Shown piece after piece: positions 9,457 through 18,740 of a stretch of 51,437 nucleotides of DNA. The notes below the pieces were generated by a model, which was not told where the DNA came from, made no database searches, and saw only the letters and a list, made by a program, of their open reading frames with translations. The stretch comes from Pseudomonadota bacterium (GTDB lineage: Bacteria; Pseudomonadota; Alphaproteobacteria; Caulobacterales; Aquidulcibacteraceae). The stretch spans positions 1 to 51,437 of the forward strand of contig JACQAC010000057.1 of assembly GCA_016195245.1 (NCBI GenBank), read 5' to 3'. The stretch's first letter is position 1; each line of letters opens with the position of its first letter. The translations under genes were made by a program, and so were the position numbers.

Positions 9457-9705
9457 GTGATTTGCAACATCATCGACGCCCGCGAGCGCAAGTATCGATG
9501 GAAGAAGATCAACGCCATTATTGAAGCGACGTGGCACGACAACAGCTGTCAGGATACAGACATCGCAGACAGCGTTTCGGCGGACATTGAGGTCACATAC
9601 GAACAGCGTGAGGGCATTTCGCTGATGGAAGCCGTCGAATGGGCTCACGCCGATCCATGCCCTGTAACGCTGTACCTGTATGACGAAGGCAAGGGCACAA
9701 CGTGA
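9457..9705 (+). CDS. Small acidic hypothetical protein
   Basis: 82-aa ORF starting 3 nt after the lepA stop; protein-like composition; no recognised motif. Confidence 0.55.
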   Translation: MICNIIDARERKYRWKKINAIIEATWHDNSCQDTDIADSVSADIEVTYEQREGISLMEAVEWAHADPCPVTLYLYDEGKGTT

Positions 9706-9726
9706 TCGAGCGCACCAACTTGCTCC

Positions 9727-9874
9727 TCTCCCCTTGTGGGAGAGGGATCGCAAGCTCGATGCTTCAGCTTCTCAGATGTGGGTGAGGGGTATCAGCGCAA
9801 CTCTCAGACAATCGCGCCCTTACCCCTCATCCGTCGCTCGCTTCGCTCGCGCCACCTTCTCCCACAAGGGGAGA
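9727..9874. repeat. Alphaproteobacterial long palindromic interspersed repeat
   Basis: TCTCCCCTTGTGGGAGA (9727-9743) pairs perfectly with 9858-9874; inner arms GGGTGAGGGGTA and TACCCCTCATCC. Confidence 0.8.
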
Positions 9875-10246
9875 AGGACGAGCTAGCGCCCCATGCAAAG
9901 CGGTCCGGATGAACTCCATCGCGCCTTCGCGATCCTTAAACAGATCGCCGCACCAAATACGTGCCACGCGAAAACCAGCAGCCTCAAGGCGGCGCGTGCG
10001 CTCCGCATCAAAGGCAGCTTGCTCTGGTTCGGCGTGTTGCGACCCGTCCAATTCCAAAACAAGCTTCGACCCGAAGCAAACGAAATCCACAACGTAGTCT
10101 CCAAGCGGCACCTGCCGACGAAACTTGAAATCCGCAAAGCGCCGATCGCGCAACAACATCCAAAGCACGCGCTCCTCATCGCACATCTCGCGCCGCAGGC
10201 GCTTCGCGCGGTCTAGCGTGCGATCATCTTTGACTAGGCGCTTCAC
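9827..10246 (-). CDS. DUF559 (Vsr-like) endonuclease domain protein
   Basis: RAKRLRREM..EERVLW..LR, KFRRQVPLGDYVVDF, LVLELDGSQH, D..RT..LE..GFRV; the C-terminus reads into the palindromic repeat. Confidence 0.9.
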   Translation of the reverse strand: MKRLVKDDRTLDRAKRLRREMCDEERVLWMLLRDRRFADFKFRRQVPLGDYVVDFVCFGSKLVLELDGSQHAEPEQAAFDAERTRRLEAAGFRVARIWCGDLFKDREGAMEFIRTALHGALARPSPLVGEGGASEASDG

Positions 10247-10454
10247 CGGATGAGGGTATCAGCCCGAGTTGGGGGAAACGCGCGCCGCAATCCAGCGGGA
10301 AAATTCGACGTTCGCCCTCATAAATTCAATCACTTCCGCCGAAAAATATGCCGAGTCGCCGCGCTCGCAATTCGACCCGTCCAAATCCCGCTTACACTCC
10401 GCCTCATCCCTCACACGGGAGGTTCTTGAGGCTAGCCGAGCCAAGCGAATGTGA

Positions 10455-10686
10455 GGGACGCGATTGAGCGTGAAGCGCTCTTCGAGACCAACCGAAGAGC
10501 CAAGCTGACGGGGCCTTTGAAACCGTCAGGGTCCAGCGGAAACGTGCTCCGCTGCACGTCCAAGCGCCGCAATCCGGAGTGAAGAGCTCCTCACCTGCGG
10601 CGCCGAAGCAGAACAATCGCGCGGGACGTGGATGTGGTTCGCAAACATCTCATTCCCTTACTGGCCTCGCGGCCCATCCGCGTCCC
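10455..10686. ncRNA. Candidate structured non-coding RNA, family unknown
   Basis: Closing helix GGGACGCG/CGCGTCCC enclosing several mutually compatible 7-8 bp helices in an intergenic gap (see findings). Confidence 0.55.
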
Positions 10687-10816
10687 GCTCTCCCATTTTT
10701 TCATTGGCGTCAGCCAGTGAGGCGAAGACGCATGTCCAATTGGGAACCACGACAATGGTCGTTTGCAAATCGTTCCTAAGCTTGCGCAGGAATTTTCCCT
10801 GACGGTAAAATGCGGT

Positions 10817-11245
10817 ATGGCTTTCAATTCCATCACGCGCTTGCGGCTCAGGTCGGTGTTTACACTGCCCGCGTTCGCGCGCGAAACGCGCGTCATCACC
10901 GCGCAGTGCGCCATCGCGCCGGGGTTTCTCGAGGGCGCCGTCTTGGCCGAGGGCTGGATGGTGTTCTGGACGCGCAGCGCGTGGGACAGCGAAGCGGCGA
11001 TGAAGGCGTTTCGCGACAACGACGCGCATCGCGCATCAATGCCAAAGCTGCTCGATTGGTGCAGTGAGGCCATGGTGGCGCACTGGGAGGGTGAACCAGA
11101 AACCGCTTGGACTAACATTCATGCGCGGATGAGCCAGCAGGGGCGCAAGTCGAAGGTGCGATCTCCCAATCAGGCGCACGAACAGCGCCGTGTCGCGCCG
11201 CTGCGCCGTTGGTCGCCGGAACAACCGATCGTTCGCATGCCGTGA
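10817..11245 (+). CDS. ABM/DUF3291-like dimeric alpha-beta barrel protein
   Basis: SITRLRLRS...APGFLEG...FWTRSAWDSEAAMKAF...AHRASMPKL..WCSEA; ATG at 10817. Confidence 0.7.
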   Translation: MAFNSITRLRLRSVFTLPAFARETRVITAQCAIAPGFLEGAVLAEGWMVFWTRSAWDSEAAMKAFRDNDAHRASMPKLLDWCSEAMVAHWEGEPETAWTNIHARMSQQGRKSKVRSPNQAHEQRRVAPLRRWSPEQPIVRMP

Positions 11246-11313
11246 CCGGCGACACAGCCTTGAGCGTGTGAGCGGGCCATTGCAGAAAAGCTCCATGGAC
11301 GGAGGAGGATGGA

Positions 11314-11886
11314 ATGAAAGTTTGGATGATGGCGGCCGCGTCAATGGTCGTGCTCGCCGCCTGTAATCAGCTACCTGGTATGAGCGGCGGCGAACCGCCG
11401 TTGCCGCCCGTGCAATCCGGTGCGCAAGCGCCAACGCAGCTGCCGCCAGCGCCGCACGTGCAGCAGGCCAACGTGACGCCGCAAGTGCGCCAGGGTCTTG
11501 AGCAGCAGATGACGCAATTGCTCGATGGCTACCAAGGGCAGTATGCGCAAGGCGATCAGCGGGTGCAGGGTTTGAACGATGAGATCAAGGCGATGCAGCC
11601 GAACACCGATCACCGTTGGCGCGTGACGCTCCAGGCCAACACGGCTTACACCTTCCTCGGCGCCTGCGACGGCGATTGCCACAACGTCGATATCGAGCTG
11701 ATCGATGTGCGCACCGGTGGCGTGGTCGCGTCGGACATGCTGCCGGATGACTATCCGGTCGTGAACTACACGCCGACTGCCAATGGCGACTACATTGCCC
11801 GCATCATCTTGCAAAATTGTACGACAGCGCCGTGCTACACCGGGATGCGCGCGCTATCGCAGCCGGCGGGCGGTGGCGGCAAATAG
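11314..11886 (+). CDS. Hypothetical lipoprotein with PPC-like beta-sandwich C-terminus
   Basis: Lipobox LAAC, strong RBS GGAGGA, GACDGDCHNVDIEL motif. Confidence 0.7.
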   Translation: MKVWMMAAASMVVLAACNQLPGMSGGEPPLPPVQSGAQAPTQLPPAPHVQQANVTPQVRQGLEQQMTQLLDGYQGQYAQGDQRVQGLNDEIKAMQPNTDHRWRVTLQANTAYTFLGACDGDCHNVDIELIDVRTGGVVASDMLPDDYPVVNYTPTANGDYIARIILQNCTTAPCYTGMRALSQPAGGGGK

Positions 11887-11900
11887 TTGCTGCCAAAGAA

Positions 11901-12323
11901 CTAGGCGTAAGGGAAACAGTCTTCGCGTTTCAGGTCGAGGTGATAGTGAGCGCCTAGCGCCGCGATCGCCTCGGCCTGATCCGCGTAAGGGTCATTGTTT
12001 TGCGGCCCAACGATCACCGTCTTGAAGTTCACTTGGTTGCGCCCCTCCGGCGGCAACATCGCTGTGGCCAAGCCTTCGCCATCGCTCGCACGCAGAGTCA
12101 GGAACAGCGGCATCGAGCGTGCGATGTGATCCTTGAGCCCGATATCGCGCTCAATCATCGGCGCGTTGGTTGGCGCGCGATAACTCTCGCGCGCGGCGGC
12201 GAGAAAGCGGCGGAAGAATTTATCGACGGCGTGGTGCATCAAAGCGGCTTCAGCTTCCGCCTCCGCTTCGGTCTCAAATCTGAACCAGGTCTTGCCGCCA
12301 GGGGCGTCGCACACGTACCGCAT
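11901..12323 (-). CDS. Hypothetical protein
   Basis: 140-aa ORF with protein-like composition filling the gap; no recognised motif. Confidence 0.65.
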   Translation of the reverse strand: MRYVCDAPGGKTWFRFETEAEAEAEAALMHHAVDKFFRRFLAAARESYRAPTNAPMIERDIGLKDHIARSMPLFLTLRASDGEGLATAMLPPEGRNQVNFKTVIVGPQNNDPYADQAEAIAALGAHYHLDLKREDCFPYA

Positions 12324-12402
12324 AAAGTGGCACTATAAGCGCCACTTCGGAACAAATTATGGAGATGGCTGCAGTTTATCGGGCGACGGGCGCACCCTGT
12401 GA

Positions 12403-12828
12403 TCAGCAGGGCACGTCCACGGTGACATAACGATTGGCGTAGCGATCAAACTGCCGCTCGCGCCGGGTGCATTGCGACTTATAGGGCGCCTGACCGTAAT
12501 CCTGTTCGTATGCGGAGCCCGGATCATCATAGGCCCGTGCGGGTGGTCGCCCATAATAGCCCCGTGGCGGGCCATAGTAATCGCTCGCGCCGCAGTTGTC
12601 GTAGCACCGGTCCGCCCGCGGCTGGCTGAGAGCTGCGCCTACCGCAAGCCCAAGGATCAGGCCGACCACGCCTGCCGCGGCGGCGTTGCCGTGGGCGTGT
12701 CGGTAGTAGCGGCCAGAATGGGCATGATCGCCATAATATCCGTTCCAGTCGTGGGCCTGAGCGGCTGGCGCCAGCGCCGCTGCCGCCAACGCCGCTGCGG
12801 AAACCATGGCCGTGAATTTGCGCATCAT
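12403..12828 (-). CDS. Exported Gly/Tyr-rich hypothetical protein
   Basis: C-terminal part of ORF 12403..13284. Signal peptide MMRKFTAMVSAAALAAAALAPAAQA, hydrophobic AGVVGLILGLAVGAAL segment, C-terminal Cys pair. Confidence 0.7.
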   Translation of the reverse strand: MMRKFTAMVSAAALAAAALAPAAQAHDWNGYYGDHAHSGRYYRHAHGNAAAAGVVGLILGLAVGAALSQPRADRCYDNCGASDYYGPPRGYYGRPPARAYDDPGSAYEQDYGQAPYKSQCTRRERQFDRYANRYVTVDVPC

Positions 12829-12954
12829 TTTCAAACGCTCCCGCCGGAACATTTGCGCCGGCAAGCTGAATCCTGACCGAATCTTGCGGCGGACTGATGG
12901 CTCCGCGCAAGTGAAGGCCCTATGTAGCAGACCTTCCAGGAGCGGGGACATCGA

Positions 12955-13896
12955 ATGAGCGACAAAAAGATCATCGCGGTGATGGGCGCCACCGGCGCGC
13001 AGGGTGGCGGCCTCGTCCGCGCGATCCATGCCGACCCCGCCAGCCCGTTTGCCGCCCGCGCCATCACCCGCAACGCCCATTCCGACGCCGCCAAGGCGCT
13101 GGCAGACCTGGGCGCGGAAGTGGTTGAGGCTGACGTCGCCGATGGCGGCGCGATCGTGAACGCGTTCAAGGGCGCGCACGGCGCCTATTGTGTGACGTTC
13201 TATTGGGCGCACATGGACCCCGAGCGCGAAATCGCCGAAGCGCACACTTTGGCCGACGCCGCCAAAGCCGCCGATGTGAAGCACGTCGTTTGGTCAACGC
13301 TGGAAGACACCCGCAAATGGGTGCCGCTCGACAGCGATCAGATGCCCACCATCCACGATCACTACAAAGTCCCGCACTTCGATACCAAGGGCGAGTCGAA
13401 CCGCTTCTTCTACAATCGCGTGCCGACCACCTTCCTGCTGACCTCGTTCTATTGGGACAACCTCATCTATTTCGGCATGAACCCGAAACCGGATGGCCAA
13501 GGCCGCTACGCGTTCACGCTGCCGACGGGTGACGCGAAAATGCCGGGTATCGCCGCCGAAGACATCGGCAAGTGCGCGTACGGCATCTACCAGCAAGGCG
13601 TGGTCGACAAGACAGTCGGCGTCGCGGGTGAACATCTGAGCGGCGCTGAAATGGCGGCGATCATGTCCGAAGTGCTTAGCATTGATTGTTATCACAACTC
13701 GGTGACGCCTGAGCAATATCGCGGCTTCGGCTTTCCGGGCGCCGACGATCTGGGCAACATGTTCCAGTTCTATCGCGATTTCGAGAAGGACTTCCGGGCG
13801 CCGCGCGATCCAGCCATTGCGCGCGGATTCAATCCCGAGCTCCAAGACTTCCGCACCTGGCTCACGCGCAACAAGGATCGGATTCCGCTGACCTGA
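12955..13896 (+). CDS. NmrA/HSCARG family NAD(P)-binding protein
   Basis: IAVMGATGAQGG, HVVWSTLEDTR, VPHFDTKGE, GFPGADDLGNMFQF. Confidence 0.92.
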   Translation: MSDKKIIAVMGATGAQGGGLVRAIHADPASPFAARAITRNAHSDAAKALADLGAEVVEADVADGGAIVNAFKGAHGAYCVTFYWAHMDPEREIAEAHTLADAAKAADVKHVVWSTLEDTRKWVPLDSDQMPTIHDHYKVPHFDTKGESNRFFYNRVPTTFLLTSFYWDNLIYFGMNPKPDGQGRYAFTLPTGDAKMPGIAAEDIGKCAYGIYQQGVVDKTVGVAGEHLSGAEMAAIMSEVLSIDCYHNSVTPEQYRGFGFPGADDLGNMFQFYRDFEKDFRAPRDPAIARGFNPELQDFRTWLTRNKDRIPLT

Positions 13897-13904
13897 GGCC
13901 GGCC

Positions 13905-15447
13905 ATGAACGCTCTCGATGAAGCGCGGCGGTTGGTCTCGGAGGACGATCGCAAGGATTTCGACTTCGCCAGTCGCGGCTTTGTCTGCACGCGCGCCGAT
14001 CCGGTGATCAAACACGAAAGCGGTTCGCGCGCGGCGTTCGATCTCTCGGCGTACAAGTTCTTGCAGGAAGACGCGCCCGCGAGCGCCAACCCGAGCCTGT
14101 GGCGCCAAGCGCAAATCCTCACCAAACATGGGCTCTTCAAGGTCGCTGACCGGATCTACCAGGTGCGCGGCTTCGATGTGTCCACGGTGTCATTTATCGA
14201 TGCTGGCGAGGGCTGGATTGTTGTCGATCCTCTGACCACCGTTGAGGTCGCGCGCGCGGCGCTGGAGCTGGTCAGTCAAAACGTAGCGCAAAAGCCAGTG
14301 CTGGCGGTGATTTATTCGCACAGTCACGTCGATCATTATGGCGGGGTCGGCGGTGTAACCAACGCGGCTGATGCGGCCGCTGACAAAGTGAAGATCATCG
14401 CGCCGGAGGGTTTCCTCGAACACGCTGTATCGGAAAACATCATCGCCGGCCCCGCCATGCTGCGCCGTGCACGCTTTCAGTTCGGCATCACGCTGCCGTG
14501 CTGCGCGGAAGGAGAGATGACGTCGGGTCTGGGCCCGAGGCCATCACTCGGATCGCTTTCACTCATCGCGCCCAACGAAATCATCGCGAAGACCGGGCAA
14601 GAGGTGACGGTCGGCGACGTGACGATGGTGTTCCAGCTGACGCCTGGCACGGAAGCGCCGGCGGAGATGAATTTCTACCTGCCGCAATTCCGCGCGGTGT
14701 TCATGGCCGAGAATGCCAATCTCACCATGCACAATCTGTTGCCGGCGCGCGGCGCGCTGGTGCGCGATTGCAAGGCTTGGGCCGATTATCTCACCGAATC
14801 GATCCGCCTGTTCGGCGACAAGAGCGACGTGATGTTTGCCGCGCACGGCATTCCGCGGTTCGGGCAGAGCGAGATCGTATCATTCCTTACCCAGCATCGC
14901 GACGCTTACAAATTCCTGCACGATCAGACGGTGCGCTTGATGAACAATGGCCTCACCGCGCCTGAGATTGCAGAAGCATTGAAGCTACCGGAGGTGCTCG
15001 CCAAGCAATGGTTCAATCGTCTACTTGACGGGCGCACAAGAACTACGCTCCGGCCCGGTGCAATTACCGCCCGGCGGGTTCAGCCCGGATGTGCTCGCGG
15101 CAACGACCACGTCCATGCTGCTCGATTTCGCCGCGGTGCGCGTTAATCCGGAGAAGGCGGCCGAGCCGTTCAAGTTCAATCTTGAACTCATCGACCGCAA
15201 CGAGAAGCATCTCATCACCGTCGGCAACGGCGTGCTGATTCACGAAGAGGGCATCAGCGATCCGAAAGCTGGCGCGACGGTGCGCATGAAGCGGCCCGAC
15301 CTTTTGATGACTCTGTTCGTCGGCATGCCGTTCCAGCCGCGCGTCGAGAGCGGCGACATCGCCATCAAGGGCGATGCCACGCTCTACGCGGCGCTGGTCG
15401 GCCTCATCGAACCGCTCGCGCCAAACTTTCCAGTTGTGACGCCGTAG
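13905..15447 (+). pseudogene. Alkyl/aryl-sulfatase (SdsA1-like metallo-beta-lactamase fold) broken by an out-of-frame internal deletion at ~15020
   Basis: HSHVDHYGG, PSLWRQA, PGTEAPAEM. Homology stops at WFNR and resumes in another frame at YLTGAQELR plus a C-terminal SCP2-like domain. Confidence 0.8.
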
Positions 15448-15456
15448 CGGCGCGCT

Positions 15457-17694
15457 TTAGTGCGCGCCGCTTGAGCCGTTTGGTGGAGTCGGCGCGACCG
15501 AGAAGCCACGCACCCGCAACAGCGCGTTCACGTCCGGATCGCGGCCGCGGAATTGGCGGTAGGCCTCTGCGCGATCGGTGTTGTTGCCGGGCGCTAGGAT
15601 GATGTTGCGCATGCCGGCGGCGATCGTTGGATCGAAGACGTTGCCGGATTGCTCGAACATTTCCCAGGTGTCGGCCTCCATGACGTTCGACCAGAGGTAT
15701 GAGTAGTAGCCGGCCGAATAGGCGTCGCTGGAGAACAGATGCGAGAATTGCGGCAGACGGTGGCGCATGGCGATCTCATGCGGCATGCCGATGTCCAGGA
15801 GTGTCTGACGTTCGAACGCGTCGGGATCGACGACGCCATCCGCAACCAGATGCAGCTTCATGTCGACGATAGCCGAGGAGAGGTACTCCACCGTCTGATA
15901 GCCCTGATTGAAAGTCTCTGAATTGTGCACGCGGTCCAGCAAGGCTTGCGGCATCGGCTGGTGCGTTTGGTAGTGCAGCGCGAACTGATTGAGGATCGGA
16001 CGCGTCAGCACCCAGTGCTCGTGCACTTGGCTCGGATATTCGACGTAGTCGCGCGGCGTGCCGGAGAGGCCGGGATAGCTCACGTTGCTGACAAGACCAT
16101 GAATGGCGTGCCCAAACTCATGGAAGATGGTGCGCGCGTCGTCGAGCGAGATGAGGATCGGCTGACCCGGCGCGCCGTGCACGAAATTGTTGTTGTTGGA
16201 CATGATCGGCGTGATTGTGCGGCCCGTGAAGGTCTCGTGACCCTGATAGCCAGTTGTCCAAGCGCCTGAGCGCTTGCCGGCGCGGGCGAAATAGTCGCCG
16301 TAGAAGAGCCCGACATATGAGCCATCGCGATCGTTCACCCGCCAGACGCGGACATCCGGGTTGAACGTCGGCACCTGACCAGTGATCTCGGTGAAGTGCA
16401 GTCCGTAGAGCTGCTCGGCCATGTAGAAGCCGGCGTTGACGATGTTGTTGAGCTCGAAGTACGGGCGCAATTCGTTCTGATCAAGGTTGTAGCGCGCGCG
16501 GCGAACCTTCTCGGCATAGTAGAGATAGTCCCAAGGCTCGATGGTGATGTGGGCATGTTCGCGGTTGGCGATCGCCTGCATGTCGCGCACTTCTTCGTGT
16601 ACACGCTGCACGGCTGGCCCCCAGACGCGCATCATCAAATCCATGGCGCGCTGTGGATCGTGCGCCATGGTGTCGTCCATGCGATAGGCGGCATGGGTCG
16701 GAAAGCCCAGCAGGTGAGCGCGCTCGGCGCGCAGATGCACGATGTCGGTGATGATCTGATTGGTGTCGTTGGCGTCGCCATTGTCGCCGCGGTTCTTGAA
16801 CTTGGTCCAGACTTGCTGGCGCAGCCTGCGATTGGCAGAGAAGGTGAGGAACGGATCGACGCTTGAGCGCGTGTTCACCACTGCCCATTGGCCGGTATGG
16901 CCACGTTCTTGCGCCGCTTGAGCGAGCTGATCGACAATGTTGGCAGGGAGGCCCGCCAGGTCGGCGCGGCGCGTAATGAAGATTGCGGTGTTCTCATCGG
17001 CCAACAGGCGGCGGCCGAATTCCGCGAATTTCGCCGACAGCTCGGTGTTGATCTGCCCGATGCGTTGCTGTTGCTCCGGCGTCGCGGCGGCGCCGACGCG
17101 GACGAAGCGGTCGTGTGTGCGTTCCAGAAGACGAAGCTGCTCCGAGTTGAGGCCGAGCGAAGCGCGGCGCTGATAGAGGTCATCAATGCGATGATAGAGC
17201 GCGCGATTAAAGCTGATGGCGTTGAACGCTGTCGTCAGGCGCGGCGACCACTCCGCTTCGAGCTGCTGAATTTGTGCATTGCTGACATTGTCCGTCATGA
17301 CGTTCCAGACACTGGAGACGCGATCGAGATGACGCCCGGCGCTCTCAAGCGCGCCAATGGTGTTGTCGAACGTCGGCTGCGCGGGGTTGGCGGCGATGGC
17401 GTTGATCTCCGCCGCCTGCAAATCGATGCCGAGCTGCAGGGCGGCGGGGATAGCGGCTGGGTCGGCGTGATCGAACGGCGGCACACCGCCATAAGGACCG
17501 GTCCAAGGCGCCAGCAGCACGTTTTGGTTCGCTTGCACCCTAAGACGCGTCACGTCGGCTTGCGCGGCTTGATAGGCGCTCGCCGGCGACGTGCTGGTTG
17601 CGGCAGCACCTCCGGATGGGCCAGTGCTCGCGGTTTCGCAACTGGACAAAGCAAGCACTCCGATGAGGCAGGTGGCGAGCAATAGAGATTTCAT
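15457..17694 (-). CDS. M3 family metallopeptidase (peptidyl-dipeptidase Dcp-like), lipoprotein
   Basis: HEFGHAIH, KRSGAW, RDYVEYPSQ, YSAGYYSYLW, FRGRDP; lipobox LSSC after ATG 17694. Confidence 0.93.
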   Translation of the reverse strand: MKSLLLATCLIGVLALSSCETASTGPSGGAAATSTSPASAYQAAQADVTRLRVQANQNVLLAPWTGPYGGVPPFDHADPAAIPAALQLGIDLQAAEINAIAANPAQPTFDNTIGALESAGRHLDRVSSVWNVMTDNVSNAQIQQLEAEWSPRLTTAFNAISFNRALYHRIDDLYQRRASLGLNSEQLRLLERTHDRFVRVGAAATPEQQQRIGQINTELSAKFAEFGRRLLADENTAIFITRRADLAGLPANIVDQLAQAAQERGHTGQWAVVNTRSSVDPFLTFSANRRLRQQVWTKFKNRGDNGDANDTNQIITDIVHLRAERAHLLGFPTHAAYRMDDTMAHDPQRAMDLMMRVWGPAVQRVHEEVRDMQAIANREHAHITIEPWDYLYYAEKVRRARYNLDQNELRPYFELNNIVNAGFYMAEQLYGLHFTEITGQVPTFNPDVRVWRVNDRDGSYVGLFYGDYFARAGKRSGAWTTGYQGHETFTGRTITPIMSNNNNFVHGAPGQPILISLDDARTIFHEFGHAIHGLVSNVSYPGLSGTPRDYVEYPSQVHEHWVLTRPILNQFALHYQTHQPMPQALLDRVHNSETFNQGYQTVEYLSSAIVDMKLHLVADGVVDPDAFERQTLLDIGMPHEIAMRHRLPQFSHLFSSDAYSAGYYSYLWSNVMEADTWEMFEQSGNVFDPTIAAGMRNIILAPGNNTDRAEAYRQFRGRDPDVNALLRVRGFSVAPTPPNGSSGAH

Positions 17695-17856
17695 GGTGTT
17701 CCCCGAAACGGTTGGCGGCTTGTTTAGGGGCCGAAGGGCCGGGCGCAAAGCCAGGGGCTGCTGGTCTGCGAGCGGCTGGCCCGATTTTGCGACTAAAGGG
17801 CAGGTTTCAGCGAGCCTGCGTCGTGCTACGCCGGGGCGGTTAGCGGAGGTGCTTTG

Positions 17857-18582
17857 ATGCGAATTGTGGCTTTGGCGCTTGTTTCAGTTCTGGCGATGGC
17901 GGCATGCAGCCCCGGCGCGCCCTCCAGCAGCAGTTCCGGCACCGCGGCCGCGCCGCCCAGCGGCGGCGCCAGCAATGGTTTTCCACAGGGCGGAAACGTC
18001 TCGTTTCGTCAGACCGCCACAATGACCATCGGCGGAAGCGCGGTGCCTGAAGTCATCTACCATGACGGCGCCAAGATGCGGACCGAGATGAACGGCCCGA
18101 TGGGGCACATGACCAGCATCATCGACAACGACACCCACGAAGCCTTCAACATTATGCATGTCGCCGGGCGCACCATGGCGACTCGCACCGACCTCTCCCA
18201 GCTCCAAACCCATGCTTCCACGACCGTGGATATGGATGCGATGCGGGCGCAGATGCAGGCGCGGGCGCACCGATTGGGCGATTGCTCGGCAGGCGGTGAG
18301 CATGGCGGCGAATGGACCGTCGATGCGCCGGCGGGTGCTGCCACGACCTCTGGCACGCGCAGCATGTGCGTCACCAACGACGGCATCATGATCCAGATGA
18401 AGATGGACGGAAACGTCGTATTCGACACCCAGAGCCTGCAGCGGGGCCCGCAAGACCCAAGCCTCTTCCAGCTGCCGCCGGGCGTTCAGGTGACCGAGAC
18501 CCACATACCCTCACAGGCCTCGATCGCGGATGCGATGGCCCGTGCCCGCGCTGCGGCCGCCGCCGCTCAGGGCCATCCCTAA
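17857..18582 (+). CDS. Hypothetical lipoprotein (DUF4412-like)
   Basis: Lipobox MAAC, YHDGAKMRTEM, GPQDPSLFQLPPG. Confidence 0.7.
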   Translation: MRIVALALVSVLAMAACSPGAPSSSSSGTAAAPPSGGASNGFPQGGNVSFRQTATMTIGGSAVPEVIYHDGAKMRTEMNGPMGHMTSIIDNDTHEAFNIMHVAGRTMATRTDLSQLQTHASTTVDMDAMRAQMQARAHRLGDCSAGGEHGGEWTVDAPAGAATTSGTRSMCVTNDGIMIQMKMDGNVVFDTQSLQRGPQDPSLFQLPPGVQVTETHIPSQASIADAMARARAAAAAAQGHP

Positions 18583-18740
18583 AACGGGGCACGCCCCAGA
18601 ACGTGGCTTAATCCACACGCCCTTATTCCCGCCCGGGATGGGCGGTGTGCGTTGGCCCGCGCGACGGCGCCTGGGGGCGTTGTGCGCCGCCGAAGGGCGG
18701 GCTAAGGGTCAGGACTCGCACCAAGGACGACGACCGCTAA

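Noticed and set aside
12829-13284. N-terminal extension of ORF 12403..13284
   Set aside because: Overlaps the NmrA gene antisense; the real protein most likely starts at the signal peptide near 12828.
15010-15030. Programmed frameshift in the alkylsulfatase
   Set aside because: No slippery sequence, and a conserved block is missing, so frameshifting would not restore the protein.
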